Assembly (NCBI GenBank): GCA_965248535.1
Contig: CBDFJR010000005.1
Coordinates: forward strand, 1,312,001-1,376,000
Direction: 5' to 3'
Length of the DNA: 64,000 bases
Source: Phormidesmis sp.
GTDB taxonomy: Bacteria > Cyanobacteriota > Cyanobacteriia > Leptolyngbyales > Leptolyngbyaceae
In this document: in pieces, positions 41,352-50,623 of the stretch
Layout of the letters: every line of letters starts with the position of its first letter
Position numbering within the stretch: position 1 is the stretch's first letter
Made by a program: the position numbers and the translations under genes
Notes under the pieces: model-generated
What the model was told of the DNA's origin: nothing
Database searches by the model: none
What the model saw: the letters and a program-made list of their open reading frames with translations, nothing else

Positions 41352-43505
41352 ATGAACTCTAGTAGTGACTTGCTCACCGCTGCGCCGCTGCTGCCGAGCA
41401 CTGGGCTACGGGCGCTTGATACCAGCAGCCGAGTTGCGTCTGCTCAAAGCAGCCTCACTACAGATCTGCTGTGGCGGAATTCTGCTGAGGGCACCAACAC
41501 CACTTGGTCAATGGATGGGACGCGCTATGTCAAAAATCGCGATCTAACCCCGGTCAAAGACCCTAACTGGCAGCTAGTCGCCACCGGAGACTATAACCGA
41601 GACGGGCAAGACGACCTGCTCTGGCGCAACTCTGACGGCAATCTTGCCTGGTGGGTAATGAATGGCACCTCGATCGTTAAGGCCATTTATCTGACCACGC
41701 CCGCCGTCAAAGACCTCACCTGGCAAATCGTCGGCACGGGCGATTATAACCAAGATGGGCAGGTCGATCTGCTCTGGCGCAACTCTGTCGATGGCTCGGT
41801 TGCCTGGTGGGTGATGAATGGCACCTCGATCGCCAGTCCTGTCTATTTGCCAACGCTCAAAGATGCCAATCTGACGATCGTGGGCACAGGCGATGTCAAT
41901 CAAGATAAACAAGTCGATTTGCTCTGGCGCAATGCTGCGACAGGAGAAAACTTTTGGTGGGTGACCAACGGCAGCGCTGTCATCGAAAAGCGAGTCTTGC
42001 CCCCCGTCACTGACCCAAATTGGAAGATCGTGGGCACAGGCGACTTTAATGGAGATGCAAAAGCTGATCTAATATGGCGCAATTCCACCACAGGGGCCAA
42101 TAGCCTGTGGCTGATGAACGGGGTAGATGTCATTGACACAGTGGCTCTTCCAACAGTTGCCGATCAGAATTGGAAAATCATGGGGGTTTTGCGCCGTCCT
42201 GTTGAGGAGGGGTCGCCCGTGGTGGTGGCTGCGCCCACTACTTTATCAGTGGCTGAAAAGCCAATTCTCGCGACCTCCCCTACCGGAACCCTCGCCGCCG
42301 CGATCGTGCAAAAGTCGGTCAGCTTTTCGACCAGTGCTCAGGTAAACGCGGGTCATCTCAATGACTTCTATCAGGTGACGATCGCTCAGTCTGGGGTGTT
42401 TAACGCTAGTTTGACGGGGCTGTCTGGCGATGCCGATGTGCGCCTCGTGCAAGACGTTAACCAAAACCGCGAGATTGACCCCGGTGAAGTGTTGGCATGG
42501 CAGTGGGAGCGAGGCACCATCAGCGAATCGATTCGGCGGTTTTTGACGGCGGGCACCTATTATGTGCAGGTGATGAGCTATGGCAATCAGACCGCAAACT
42601 ATGGGCTGACGACCAGCTTTAGCGCGGCGATCAACGACGACCAAAAATTTGAGTTTAAGCTTGATTTTGATCAGCAGGGGTTGAATGGGTTGACCGAGGC
42701 AGCCAAAGCGGCGATCGTCGATGCCGCCAAATTTTGGGAAAGCGCCATCACCAGCCGCAGCGCCATCACTCGCTCAAATCAGTTAACCGTCACGCTCACG
42801 GGCAAAAGCTTGGTCTATAGCAATGGCAGTGCTGACACCGGAACTCTGGCATTATCTGGGCCCCAGTTTGCTCTGGATGGCCCCAATTTAATCATTAATA
42901 GTGGCACCAGCACGCTCAACGCCCGTCGATTTGGCGAATTCAATGCCAACCCTACCTATCTACGCAGCCTGATGATTCATGAGTTTGCTCACGTTTTAGG
43001 GTTTGGCACGCTGTGGGAGCCTGTTCAATTTATGAGTTCTACGGGGCAGGTGTTTAACGTTGGCAAAAATTTGATCAACCGCAGCAACGTAACCTATAAC
43101 GCCAACACTTATGCCGGATGGGCATTTGGAGAACTGACGGGCAGTTTTACTCAAACGGCCGTTCCGATCGAACCAGGAGCCTTTGCTCACTGGGATGAAA
43201 CCCGCTTTGACACCGAGTTGATGACTCCCTACGCCGAAAACCCTGGAGTCGCCACGCCCCTTAGTCAGTTAACGCTGGCTGCCCTGAGAGATCTAGGCTG
43301 GAACCTCAACTTTGGAGTGGCTCAAGCCTACTCATTGCCGCCCGTTACTTCAGAGGCTCCGGTGGTCACGTTAGCGCCCGTGATTCAAAGCGCTCCGGTG
43401 GCTGCCTCGATTAGCTGTGGGTGTGCTCGGTGTTTGTCAGCCTCATCTAAGGTTTACGCACTCAGCGGCGCAACGTTGACAGAAACAATCGGCGATCGGG
43501 TCTAG
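41352..43505 (+). CDS. Multidomain zinc metalloprotease: FG-GAP/VCBS-like repeats, PPC domain, leishmanolysin (M8)-like catalytic domain
   Basis: About five W-x-I-V-G-T-G-D-x-N-x-D...DLLWRN repeats; DFYQVT..LTGLSGDADVRL PPC segment; HEFAHVLGF...AHWDE...ELMTP. Confidence 0.85.
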   Translation: MNSSSDLLTAAPLLPSTGLRALDTSSRVASAQSSLTTDLLWRNSAEGTNTTWSMDGTRYVKNRDLTPVKDPNWQLVATGDYNRDGQDDLLWRNSDGNLAWWVMNGTSIVKAIYLTTPAVKDLTWQIVGTGDYNQDGQVDLLWRNSVDGSVAWWVMNGTSIASPVYLPTLKDANLTIVGTGDVNQDKQVDLLWRNAATGENFWWVTNGSAVIEKRVLPPVTDPNWKIVGTGDFNGDAKADLIWRNSTTGANSLWLMNGVDVIDTVALPTVADQNWKIMGVLRRPVEEGSPVVVAAPTTLSVAEKPILATSPTGTLAAAIVQKSVSFSTSAQVNAGHLNDFYQVTIAQSGVFNASLTGLSGDADVRLVQDVNQNREIDPGEVLAWQWERGTISESIRRFLTAGTYYVQVMSYGNQTANYGLTTSFSAAINDDQKFEFKLDFDQQGLNGLTEAAKAAIVDAAKFWESAITSRSAITRSNQLTVTLTGKSLVYSNGSADTGTLALSGPQFALDGPNLIINSGTSTLNARRFGEFNANPTYLRSLMIHEFAHVLGFGTLWEPVQFMSSTGQVFNVGKNLINRSNVTYNANTYAGWAFGELTGSFTQTAVPIEPGAFAHWDETRFDTELMTPYAENPGVATPLSQLTLAALRDLGWNLNFGVAQAYSLPPVTSEAPVVTLAPVIQSAPVAASISCGCARCLSASSKVYALSGATLTETIGDRV

Positions 43506-43864
43506 TCCTTCTCTAAGCGCCCAGATCGATTGGCTCTAGCATCTTTAGATAAAACTGCCCGCGACCATAAACGGCTGCGGGCATAGGGACAGTTAAACGC
43601 TTGTTGCCATTATGCTGAAGTCTATCAACACTTGGGAACCCAGTTGGGACGGTTGGCAGACTGTCCATTGAGTACGACAAAAGATATTTTTCAGATACAG
43701 ATTAAAAAAATTGGGTGAGCGATTCTCCCTCAGCTTATTATTGGCATGAGCCTGGGCTAGCTTAATCCTTTTTAGGCCATTTGGAGTGATTAGTATGACA
43801 GGGTGCTACAGCTTAGGTGGCGTAGAATCTGATCGACTCACCCAGAACGAGGAGCCAAAAAACG

Positions 43865-44662
43865 ATGTTGAGCAAACGGTTCAGGAAACTTTCTGTGCCT
43901 CAGATCAGTGTCCTTACTCTGAGTTTCGTACTACTGTTTACCCCACCTGCACGCACCCAAGTAGCTTCGCCCTCAGCCACCATTTCAGCTTCTGGAGTCA
44001 GCCAAATCAGGCTTCAGCAAGCGAGCCAGACAACTCCACTGGTGGGGCTACTCATCAACATCCAAGAGCGGGGGACTGAATCGAACCGTCAAGGGGCGAT
44101 CGGCACACTGCAAGAGCGAGTCAAGATTATCCGACAGTCCATTGAGCAGGTTGGCATCCCTGCCTCTAGCATTCAAGTCAAAACCTATACGGTTTCTCCT
44201 TCTTTTGAGCAACAGCCAAGGTTTCGCGACGCTTTCTCTGCACCAGCGAATGCATCGCCCGGCTCTGCTTCCGCTCAAAGGCTGCCTATGCAAGCTTCCG
44301 CTCCACCCATACAGCCCTTAGTTTTGAGTCAAAGTTTGGAGGTAAGAACGTCTTCTGAGCGACTTCCTGTAGCTATGGATGCAGCCATTCGTGCTGGTGC
44401 CAATAGCGTCAGCGTCTTTTCTCTCACTTCTCAAGGATTTGCGGTTCAGCCAGACCTCCCCAACGCGACACTTTTTGTAAATGCAGTAAAGGAAGCCACG
44501 CAGCAAGCTCAAGCATCAGCACAAGCAAGCGCTCAAAGCACCGGGGTGAAGCTGGGAGGTCTTCGTAGTATTGCAGTGCAATCTCCCTCCTTTTCCTATG
44601 GCTCATCAGAAGGAGCCGTTTGGCGAGTGCAGGTGAATCTTGTTTACAGTGTTGCGCCTTAG
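43865..44662 (+). CDS. Divergent SIMPL (DUF541)-like exported protein
   Basis: Signal peptide, TISASG, DAAIRAGANSV, A..QAQASA...GVKLG and VQVNLVY end. Confidence 0.7.
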   Translation: MLSKRFRKLSVPQISVLTLSFVLLFTPPARTQVASPSATISASGVSQIRLQQASQTTPLVGLLINIQERGTESNRQGAIGTLQERVKIIRQSIEQVGIPASSIQVKTYTVSPSFEQQPRFRDAFSAPANASPGSASAQRLPMQASAPPIQPLVLSQSLEVRTSSERLPVAMDAAIRAGANSVSVFSLTSQGFAVQPDLPNATLFVNAVKEATQQAQASAQASAQSTGVKLGGLRSIAVQSPSFSYGSSEGAVWRVQVNLVYSVAP

Positions 44663-44743
44663 AATCGTCTAAGCAAAAAAGTTTCAACTTCTGAATTTGA
44701 CGGTAGACTATGCCGCTAGGATGCCCTTGTTAAAAGTCCCCCC

Positions 44744-46234
44744 ATGTCCTTTCTTTCTCCGCTTTACGGTTTATTTTTGCTGAGTGTTGTTGGGGTTTAT
44801 TGGTCTGTGCAGCAGTCGTGGTTGCGATCGTGGCTGCTGTTTATTGCCAGTCTGATTTTTTATGCCTCGCTGCAAGCCCAATACATTCCCCTTTTATTGG
44901 CCGCCACCTGGATTAATTTTAAGTTGGGGCAAGCGATCGGGGCCCCTCCTGATTGGCGCATCGAAGACTGGCAGTTTGCCCAACAAGATTGGAACCAGCG
45001 GCGCATTAAGCTGCTCAGTTTTGGGGTGGTGACCAATGTTTTGCTGCTGCTCAGTTTTAAATATCTGCCCTTTATTTTGTCGTCGATCGGGGCGGCTCTA
45101 GGCTGGTCGATTGCTCAACAAAGCGCAGACTGGACGACTCTGCACGTAATTGTTCCGTGGGGGCTGAGTTTTTTCTGCTTTGAGTGCATTGCTTATCTGG
45201 TCGATGTTTATCGGGGCGCACCTGCGGCCCAAGAGTTTCTCAAGTTTGCGTCTTATAAGCTGTTTTTTGCCAAACTGATTTCGGGCCCGATCGTGCGCTA
45301 TCACGCCTTCGCGGGACAACTGCAAGCCCTCAAATTTCCGGCGATCGACCAAATCACCGAAGGGCTATGGCTGATTGCCTGCGGTGCCATCAAAAAAGGA
45401 CTGATTGCCGATCGCTTAGACCTTCTCGTCAAACTCAGTTTTGACAATGCCCAACGCGCTGGCAGCGGCAATTTGTGGCTGGCGATCGTCGCCTATGGGT
45501 TGCAGCTTTATCTTGATTTCAGTGGCTATGTCGATGTGGCGCGGGGCAGTGCTCTCTTACTGGGCATTAATCTGCCTCAAAACTTTGACTTTCCTTATTT
45601 CAGCACCAGCATTGCTGATTTTTGGCGACGCTGGCACATCACCTTGGGCGACTGGCTGCGAAACTATCTTTATTTTCCTCTAGGCGGCTCTCGTCGCGGA
45701 CTGCCTAGAACCTGCATCAATCTGATGATCGTGATGCTGATTGCCGGAGTTTGGCACGGGTCAGCGTGGGGCTTTGTGGTCTGGGGCGGACTGCACGGAG
45801 TCGCTTTAGCGGTGCATCGATTAGTGGATCTGCGATCGCGCCAATCCCCCTACCTCGAACGATTTTGGCAAAGCCTACCCGGAATCGTGACCGCCTGGTT
45901 TGCGACTCAACTGATGGTTTTTAGTGCGTGGATATTTTTCCGTCTGCCCAACTTTAAAGATTCGCTGGTTGTATTGCAGCGATTGGTCGGACAGTCGGCC
46001 GATGCTCAGTTTGCTCAAAAAGTTTATGGAGAAGCGATCGGGCTATCTCCGGTTCAAATTTCTCTCTTGCTCGGCGCGATTTTCTTAGGAATGGGATTTG
46101 CTTATCTGCTCGATCGTGGGCTAAAACTGCAACTCACCTGGCACATCAAGCTATTTTTGATTCCGCTATGTCTTTACGCCGTTTGGGTATTAGCGCCTGA
46201 AGGCGGCTCGAAATATATTTATTTCGATTTTTAG
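44744..46234 (+). CDS. MBOAT family O-acyltransferase (AlgI/DltB-like)
   Basis: LISGPI, QLYLDFSGYVD, FWRRWHITLG and GVWHG. Confidence 0.93.
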   Translation: MSFLSPLYGLFLLSVVGVYWSVQQSWLRSWLLFIASLIFYASLQAQYIPLLLAATWINFKLGQAIGAPPDWRIEDWQFAQQDWNQRRIKLLSFGVVTNVLLLLSFKYLPFILSSIGAALGWSIAQQSADWTTLHVIVPWGLSFFCFECIAYLVDVYRGAPAAQEFLKFASYKLFFAKLISGPIVRYHAFAGQLQALKFPAIDQITEGLWLIACGAIKKGLIADRLDLLVKLSFDNAQRAGSGNLWLAIVAYGLQLYLDFSGYVDVARGSALLLGINLPQNFDFPYFSTSIADFWRRWHITLGDWLRNYLYFPLGGSRRGLPRTCINLMIVMLIAGVWHGSAWGFVVWGGLHGVALAVHRLVDLRSRQSPYLERFWQSLPGIVTAWFATQLMVFSAWIFFRLPNFKDSLVVLQRLVGQSADAQFAQKVYGEAIGLSPVQISLLLGAIFLGMGFAYLLDRGLKLQLTWHIKLFLIPLCLYAVWVLAPEGGSKYIYFDF

Positions 46235-46313
46235 GTGTTTTTTGTGTTGCGTTGTTCGGATGTTTCCTAAATGTCTTGCATGATAGAACTAGGAGTTTCT
46301 CAACCGAAAATCG

Positions 46314-46712
46314 ATGAATCAGGAAGTGAACGAATCGATCGCGCTTCAATCGTTGCCCTCAGACCCCGAAATCACCCGCACCCGCTATTGGGGCACCGTC
46401 ACTCTGCTCGAAGAAGGCAAACGCTATCGCATCAACCGCATTGAGCTAAAGCCCGGACATCACATCAGCACTCAGATGCACTATCACCGCAGTGAGCACT
46501 GGGTGGTGGTTTCAGGAACGGCAAAAGTGTTATGTGGCGGTGAAGAAAAAACCCTGGTGCAAAAGCAGTCTACCTATGTGCCCGCCTGCACGCCCCATCG
46601 GGTTGAAAATCCGGGGGTGATTTCTCTGGTGATGATCGAAATCCAAAACGGGGAATATCTCGGAGAAGACGATATCACTCGTTTTGAGACTGACCCACAG
46701 CTAGATGATTAG
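46314..46712 (+). CDS. Mannose-6-phosphate isomerase type II C-terminal cupin protein
   Basis: [22 protein letters not shown] and [14 protein letters not shown]. Confidence 0.9.
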   Translation: MNQEVNESIALQSLPSDPEITRTRYWGTVTLLEEGKRYRINRIELKPGHHISTQMHYHRSEHWVVVSGTAKVLCGGEEKTLVQKQSTYVPACTPHRVENPGVISLVMIEIQNGEYLGEDDITRFETDPQLDD

Positions 46713-46750
46713 TCTTCAACTTCAAAAGCCTTACTCTAACGACTCGCCCC

Positions 46751-47800
46751 ATGAACTTCCCCGTCTTGTCACCTTTGCCAATGCCGTCTTTTTTTAACCC
46801 CGATCGGGTCGGCAGTGTTTGGCGTGTTCCTTATCAACAGCGAGCCATCGAAGCCGAAGCTTGGGCCACTCAGCAGGGCATTCGTCCCGCGTCTGACGAT
46901 CAGGTGCGCGTTTGTCTTTTAGCGATCGATGTGCAAAACACGTTTTGCATTCCAGAGTTTGAGCTATTTGTGGGCGGACGATCGGGCACGGGGGCGATCA
47001 ACGACAATCAGCGACTCTGTGAGTTCATCTACCGCAACTTGGGGCTGATCACCGAGATTGCACCCACAATGGACACCCACACAGCCATGCAGATCTTTCA
47101 TCCCATTTTTTGGGTGAATGACGCGGGTGAACATCCCATTCCGACGGCCACCATGATTCGGCTAGAAGATGTCCAAAATGGACTGTGGAGGGTGAATCCA
47201 GCCGTGGCCTATAGCCTAGCGAATGGAGATTATGAGACGCTGCAATCCCATGCGCTGCACTACACTCAAAAATTGACTGAGAATGGTAAATATCCGCTCA
47301 CGGTTTGGGCCTATCACTCGATGCTGGGGGGCATCGGTCATGCCCTAGTTTCTGCTGTTGAAGAGGCGATGTTTTTTCACTGCATTGCCCGTGGCAGTCA
47401 GACCAATTTTCAACTTAAAGGCGACAATCCTTTAACTGAAAACTACTCAGTGTTGCGTCCTGAAGTGATGGATGGGGTGGACGGATCGGCGATCGCTCAA
47501 AAAAACAGTCCATTAATTCAAAAGCTGCTCGATTTTGATGCGGTAATCATTGCAGGTCAGGCAAAAAGTCACTGCGTCGCATGGACGATCGACGACCTGC
47601 TGACGGAAATTTTGGCTGAAGATCCCAGTTTGGCCAAGAAGGTCTATTTGCTAGAAGATTGCACGTCTCCGGTTGTAGTGCCGGGTGTGATCGACTTCAC
47701 AGAACAAGCGGACGCAGCGTTTCAGAGATTTGCTGAGGCTGGGATGAATTTAATGCGATCGACGGATCTGGTGGGCGATCGTCTAGCAAATTTGAGTTAG
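46751..47800 (+). CDS. Isochorismatase/nicotinamidase-like cysteine hydrolase
   Basis: [24 protein letters not shown] and AGQAKSHCV. Confidence 0.85.
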   Translation: MNFPVLSPLPMPSFFNPDRVGSVWRVPYQQRAIEAEAWATQQGIRPASDDQVRVCLLAIDVQNTFCIPEFELFVGGRSGTGAINDNQRLCEFIYRNLGLITEIAPTMDTHTAMQIFHPIFWVNDAGEHPIPTATMIRLEDVQNGLWRVNPAVAYSLANGDYETLQSHALHYTQKLTENGKYPLTVWAYHSMLGGIGHALVSAVEEAMFFHCIARGSQTNFQLKGDNPLTENYSVLRPEVMDGVDGSAIAQKNSPLIQKLLDFDAVIIAGQAKSHCVAWTIDDLLTEILAEDPSLAKKVYLLEDCTSPVVVPGVIDFTEQADAAFQRFAEAGMNLMRSTDLVGDRLANLS

Positions 47801-47869
47801 AGAGCCACATCAAAATGAGACCTCAGTTCACGGGTTGAATCCGCCAATTTTTAGAATTGAAGAAAGTAA

Positions 47870-47889
47870 AGGCTAAGTTAGCGTTAGCC
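47870..47889 (+). repeat. attC-like right end (L'/R' relic) preceding the nuclease gene
   Basis: GGCTAAGTTAGCGTTAGCC. Its GTTAGCC core is complementary, with one mismatch, to the GTCTAAC at the gene's stop. Confidence 0.3.
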
Positions 47890-47940
47890 TCTGGCTCCAT
47901 AGAGAATGCTCTTGAACGCGTGATCCACTACGGGAATAAT

Positions 47941-48609
47941 ATGTCCGTTGAACCACAAGATGAATACGCTCAGGCATTGGATAACTTGGCATTAGCTTTG
48001 CGAAGCTCATACGATCAGATGAAGACAATGTGCGCTGCTGAGGCTGATTTTAGCTATTCTCAAGCGATCGCCAATCGGCTACGTGCCTTTTATATCGCGC
48101 AATGGGAAACAAAGAACTTTCTTGGTAAAAAAGTTGCACAAGCAGGCTCAGACTTTTTTGTAGAAACAATTCTGTTTTTTCTTAAATTGTTCAATGACGT
48201 AAACGGGCTAGGTCTTGAAATTACGTCAGAGCTTGCTATCCAGCGTAAGCGCAGTGCAATTCGTCCTGATATTAGCATTTGGTGTGGTTCTGAACTACTA
48301 GCTGTTGTTGAGTGTAAAACGCAACTTGGCTGGAGTCGCCACAATTGGAAGTCTGATTTTGAAAATCGGGAGCAGAAGCTAAAAGAGGTGTTTCCGAATG
48401 CAAAGATGTTTCTCGTTGTGATGAGCAGTCGCAATTGGCCAGGTTTCGGTGACGATTTGAAGGTTGGTGAGCAGCTATTTTGTTTGTTGAATGTCTGGCC
48501 AACAGAGCTATCTATTCCTCCTGCACAGGATGCGTTGCATACTCCCATTGAAGACCTCTTTGAGCAGTTTGCAGAGTTGAAATTTAGTACCTCTGGCGTT
48601 ACGGTCTAA
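47941..48609 (+). CDS. PD-(D/E)XK restriction-endonuclease-fold protein
   Basis: IRPDISIW...VVECKTQLG catalytic-like motif; lower GC than flanking genes; likely ATG 47941. Confidence 0.7.
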   Translation: MSVEPQDEYAQALDNLALALRSSYDQMKTMCAAEADFSYSQAIANRLRAFYIAQWETKNFLGKKVAQAGSDFFVETILFFLKLFNDVNGLGLEITSELAIQRKRSAIRPDISIWCGSELLAVVECKTQLGWSRHNWKSDFENREQKLKEVFPNAKMFLVVMSSRNWPGFGDDLKVGEQLFCLLNVWPTELSIPPAQDALHTPIEDLFEQFAELKFSTSGVTV

Positions 48610-48682
48610 CAATTTGCAAAATAACTAAAGCGGTTGATACTATGTTTGCGGCGATCTGCTGATTCACTTCAAGTGGTAGGTC
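48604..48682 (+). repeat. Degenerate attC-like site overlapping the nuclease stop codon
   Basis: Starts GTCTAAC (RYYYAAC) containing the TAA. Shares GT.TAACAA.T, TGCA, GTTTG.GGC and TGCT with the element at 62097-62179. Confidence 0.45.
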
Positions 48683-48751
48683 GTTCTTTCAAGGCTGTCT
48701 GTAAATCTTCAAGGTTGTGCAGTGAACTAGAGAACTCAATACTGTGTATGG

Positions 48752-48760
48752 TGCTATAGT
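48752..48760 (+). promoter_or_regulatory. Extended -10 promoter (TGnTATAGT) 6 nt before the PIN ATG
   Basis: TGCTATAGT-GGTGTC-ATG with no SD; implies a leaderless mRNA. Confidence 0.5.
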
Positions 48761-48766
48761 GGTGTC

Positions 48767-49204
48767 ATGTTTAGCCCACGATCGCTTCGAGTTGTAGTTG
48801 ATACCAACGTTGTGTTTGAGGGTCTAACTAAACAAGGCGGAGCTTCAGGTCTTATTATTGATGCTTGGTTGTCTAGGCTGATAGTCGTTTGCGTCTCTAC
48901 TGCACTTGCCTACGAATATGACGATGTGCTGTCTCGGAAGCTTTCAAAATCGCGTTGGATTACAGTGCAGCCTATATTAGGAAAACTACTCAGTATCGCT
49001 CAATACACAAATATTTATTTCTCGTGGCGACCGACTTCCCCTGATGCTGGTGACGATTTAGTCATTGATTGCGCTATGAATGCAGGTGCTATCGTTGTCA
49101 CGTCTAATATCCGTGATTTTCAGGGTGCGAGAGAGTCTCTGGAGATGCAGATAATGACACCCGTGCAGTTTGTGAACTTATTAGCATCAGGAGAAAAGCA
49201 ATGA
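48767..49204 (+). CDS. PIN-domain (VapC-like) toxin
   Basis: VVVDTNV, EY.DVL, D.GDD.V.DCA and IVVTSN.RDF. Confidence 0.9.
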   Translation: MFSPRSLRVVVDTNVVFEGLTKQGGASGLIIDAWLSRLIVVCVSTALAYEYDDVLSRKLSKSRWITVQPILGKLLSIAQYTNIYFSWRPTSPDAGDDLVIDCAMNAGAIVVTSNIRDFQGARESLEMQIMTPVQFVNLLASGEKQ

Positions 49205-49530
49205 GCCGATTGACATTACGATTACCCGAAACGTTGCATCAACAACTTGCTCATTTGGCTGAAACTGAAGGCGTATCACTGAATCAGTATATTGTTTATG
49301 CTTTGACTCGTCAGACTACCTTAGCGAATACCGTTCAGGTTATCCCTGAGGCAGAAGTTGAACAGCAGCAGCAGGCGTTCGAGTCATTGATAAAGCAGCT
49401 AGGACACGCTTCGTTTTCTGAAATCGAGTCAGTTTTAGCGACACGCGAACAAGGTGAAGCAGAAGCAGAACTGAGTTTAGAGGTGGTTGCTCGTCTCCAA
49501 GAACGAATCCAAAGGCGGGCAGGAGTATAG
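49201..49530 (+). CDS. RHH (HicB-like) antitoxin
   Basis: LTLRLPETLHQQL...A..EGVSLNQYI; ATGA overlap with the PIN gene. Confidence 0.88.
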   Translation: MSRLTLRLPETLHQQLAHLAETEGVSLNQYIVYALTRQTTLANTVQVIPEAEVEQQQQAFESLIKQLGHASFSEIESVLATREQGEAEAELSLEVVARLQERIQRRAGV

Positions 49531-49555
49531 ATTGAAGTTAGCGTCAGCCGATTCC

Positions 49556-49690
49556 CTAGCTTGCAGCCGTTAGAATCTGTTCAGCCGTGATTTGAAGTTC
49601 TGGAAAGATAACAGAGAGAATGCGCGCTGCTTCGCAGATACCGCAAGGGTCGCTTCCTCTAAATCGGCTCACCTGATACTTGCCTTCTCT
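49556..49690 (-). pseudogene. 3' remnant of a Uma2-family endonuclease gene
   Basis: Minus strand reads EGKYQVSRFRGSD[PCGICEAA]RILSVIFPELQITAEQILTAAS*, matching the cyanobacterial Uma2 C-terminus once the 24-nt insert is removed. No start codon or 5' part. Confidence 0.7.
49622..49653. repeat. HIP1 site carrying two tiny hairpin insertions (SDR-like)
   Basis: GC[GCGCTGCTTCGCA]GA[TACCGCAAGGG]TCGC; removing the bracketed parts restores GCGATCGC. Confidence 0.65.
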
Positions 49691-49695
49691 GTTTT

Positions 49696-50526
49696 CTAGC
49701 GCTGACAATTAGGACAGAAATGGGACGATCGCCCCGCTAATTTTAATCGCTGAATAATCGTTTCACAGGTTCGGCAGGCTTCTCCGTCGCGGGCATAAAC
49801 CCAGGCAATGTTGCCATAGTTGCCATTCACCCCCGACACGTCTCGAAAGTCGCTAAAGGTGGTGCCTCTGGCGTTGATGCTGTCTTGCAACACGCGGACG
49901 ATGTTCGATCGCAGCCGCTTAATCTTCGCCAAACTCAAATCTCCGCACAGCGTCTCAGGACGAATTCCACTCAGAAAAAGGGCTTCATCTGCGTAAATAT
50001 TGCCGACTCCGGCTACTAATGCTTGATCTAACAAAGCAGTTTTGATCGGACGGCGACGATCTTTAAACTGTTGAGCCAGATAATGATCTGAAAAATCTGC
50101 CGAAAAGGGTTCCGGCCCAAGTTTTTGCAGCCCGGTGATGATGGTTTTGGGGTCACGATCGCCCGGCACCCACCACATTTGCCCAAAGGTGCGCTGATCG
50201 ACAAACCGCAACTCGCGATCGTCGCCAAAAAACAAGCGAACTCGCGTATGTTTATGCAGAGGTTCGGCTTTGTCAACCCACAGGAGTTGTCCCGTCATTC
50301 TTAGATGAACGCCTAGCCAACCGTCACTTAATTCTGCCAGCAGATATTTTCCGTGGCGGTGCCATTGCGCGATCGAGGTTTTTTGCAGCCCCGTTAAGAA
50401 AGCGATCGCCGAAGTCGGGTAGGCAACGGTGCGATCGAGCAACACATCGCCGCCCTGAATGGGCTGATTTAACGTAACTTGGTTGAGACCTAACCGAACG
50501 GTTTCAACTTCAGGAAGTTCTGGCAC
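49696..50526 (-). CDS. mutM: Formamidopyrimidine-DNA glycosylase
   Basis: MPELPEVE, HLRMTG, GVGNIYADE and a C-terminal zinc finger. Confidence 0.98.
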   Translation of the reverse strand: MPELPEVETVRLGLNQVTLNQPIQGGDVLLDRTVAYPTSAIAFLTGLQKTSIAQWHRHGKYLLAELSDGWLGVHLRMTGQLLWVDKAEPLHKHTRVRLFFGDDRELRFVDQRTFGQMWWVPGDRDPKTIITGLQKLGPEPFSADFSDHYLAQQFKDRRRPIKTALLDQALVAGVGNIYADEALFLSGIRPETLCGDLSLAKIKRLRSNIVRVLQDSINARGTTFSDFRDVSGVNGNYGNIAWVYARDGEACRTCETIIQRLKLAGRSSHFCPNCQR

Positions 50527-50623
50527 AAAAAAACCCTAGACCTTGAACAATGAATGCAACTCTGCACCCTTGATCTCTAGTCTAAGGTCTAATTATCAGA
50601 TGCTGTTTAGGAATTTGAAGACT

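Noticed and set aside
41455..42190. Tandem ~150-bp repeats as CRISPR or a mobile repeat
   Set aside because: They are in-frame protein repeats of the FG-GAP-like domain, with no repeat-spacer structure or cas genes.
48090..48548. 152-aa antisense ORF and the many other short overlapping ORFs in the track
   Set aside because: Shadow frames of well-supported genes with no motifs of their own.
49562..49575. GCCGTTAGAA as an attC right end
   Set aside because: Better explained as coding sequence of the Uma2 tail on the minus strand; there is no matching TAAC core.
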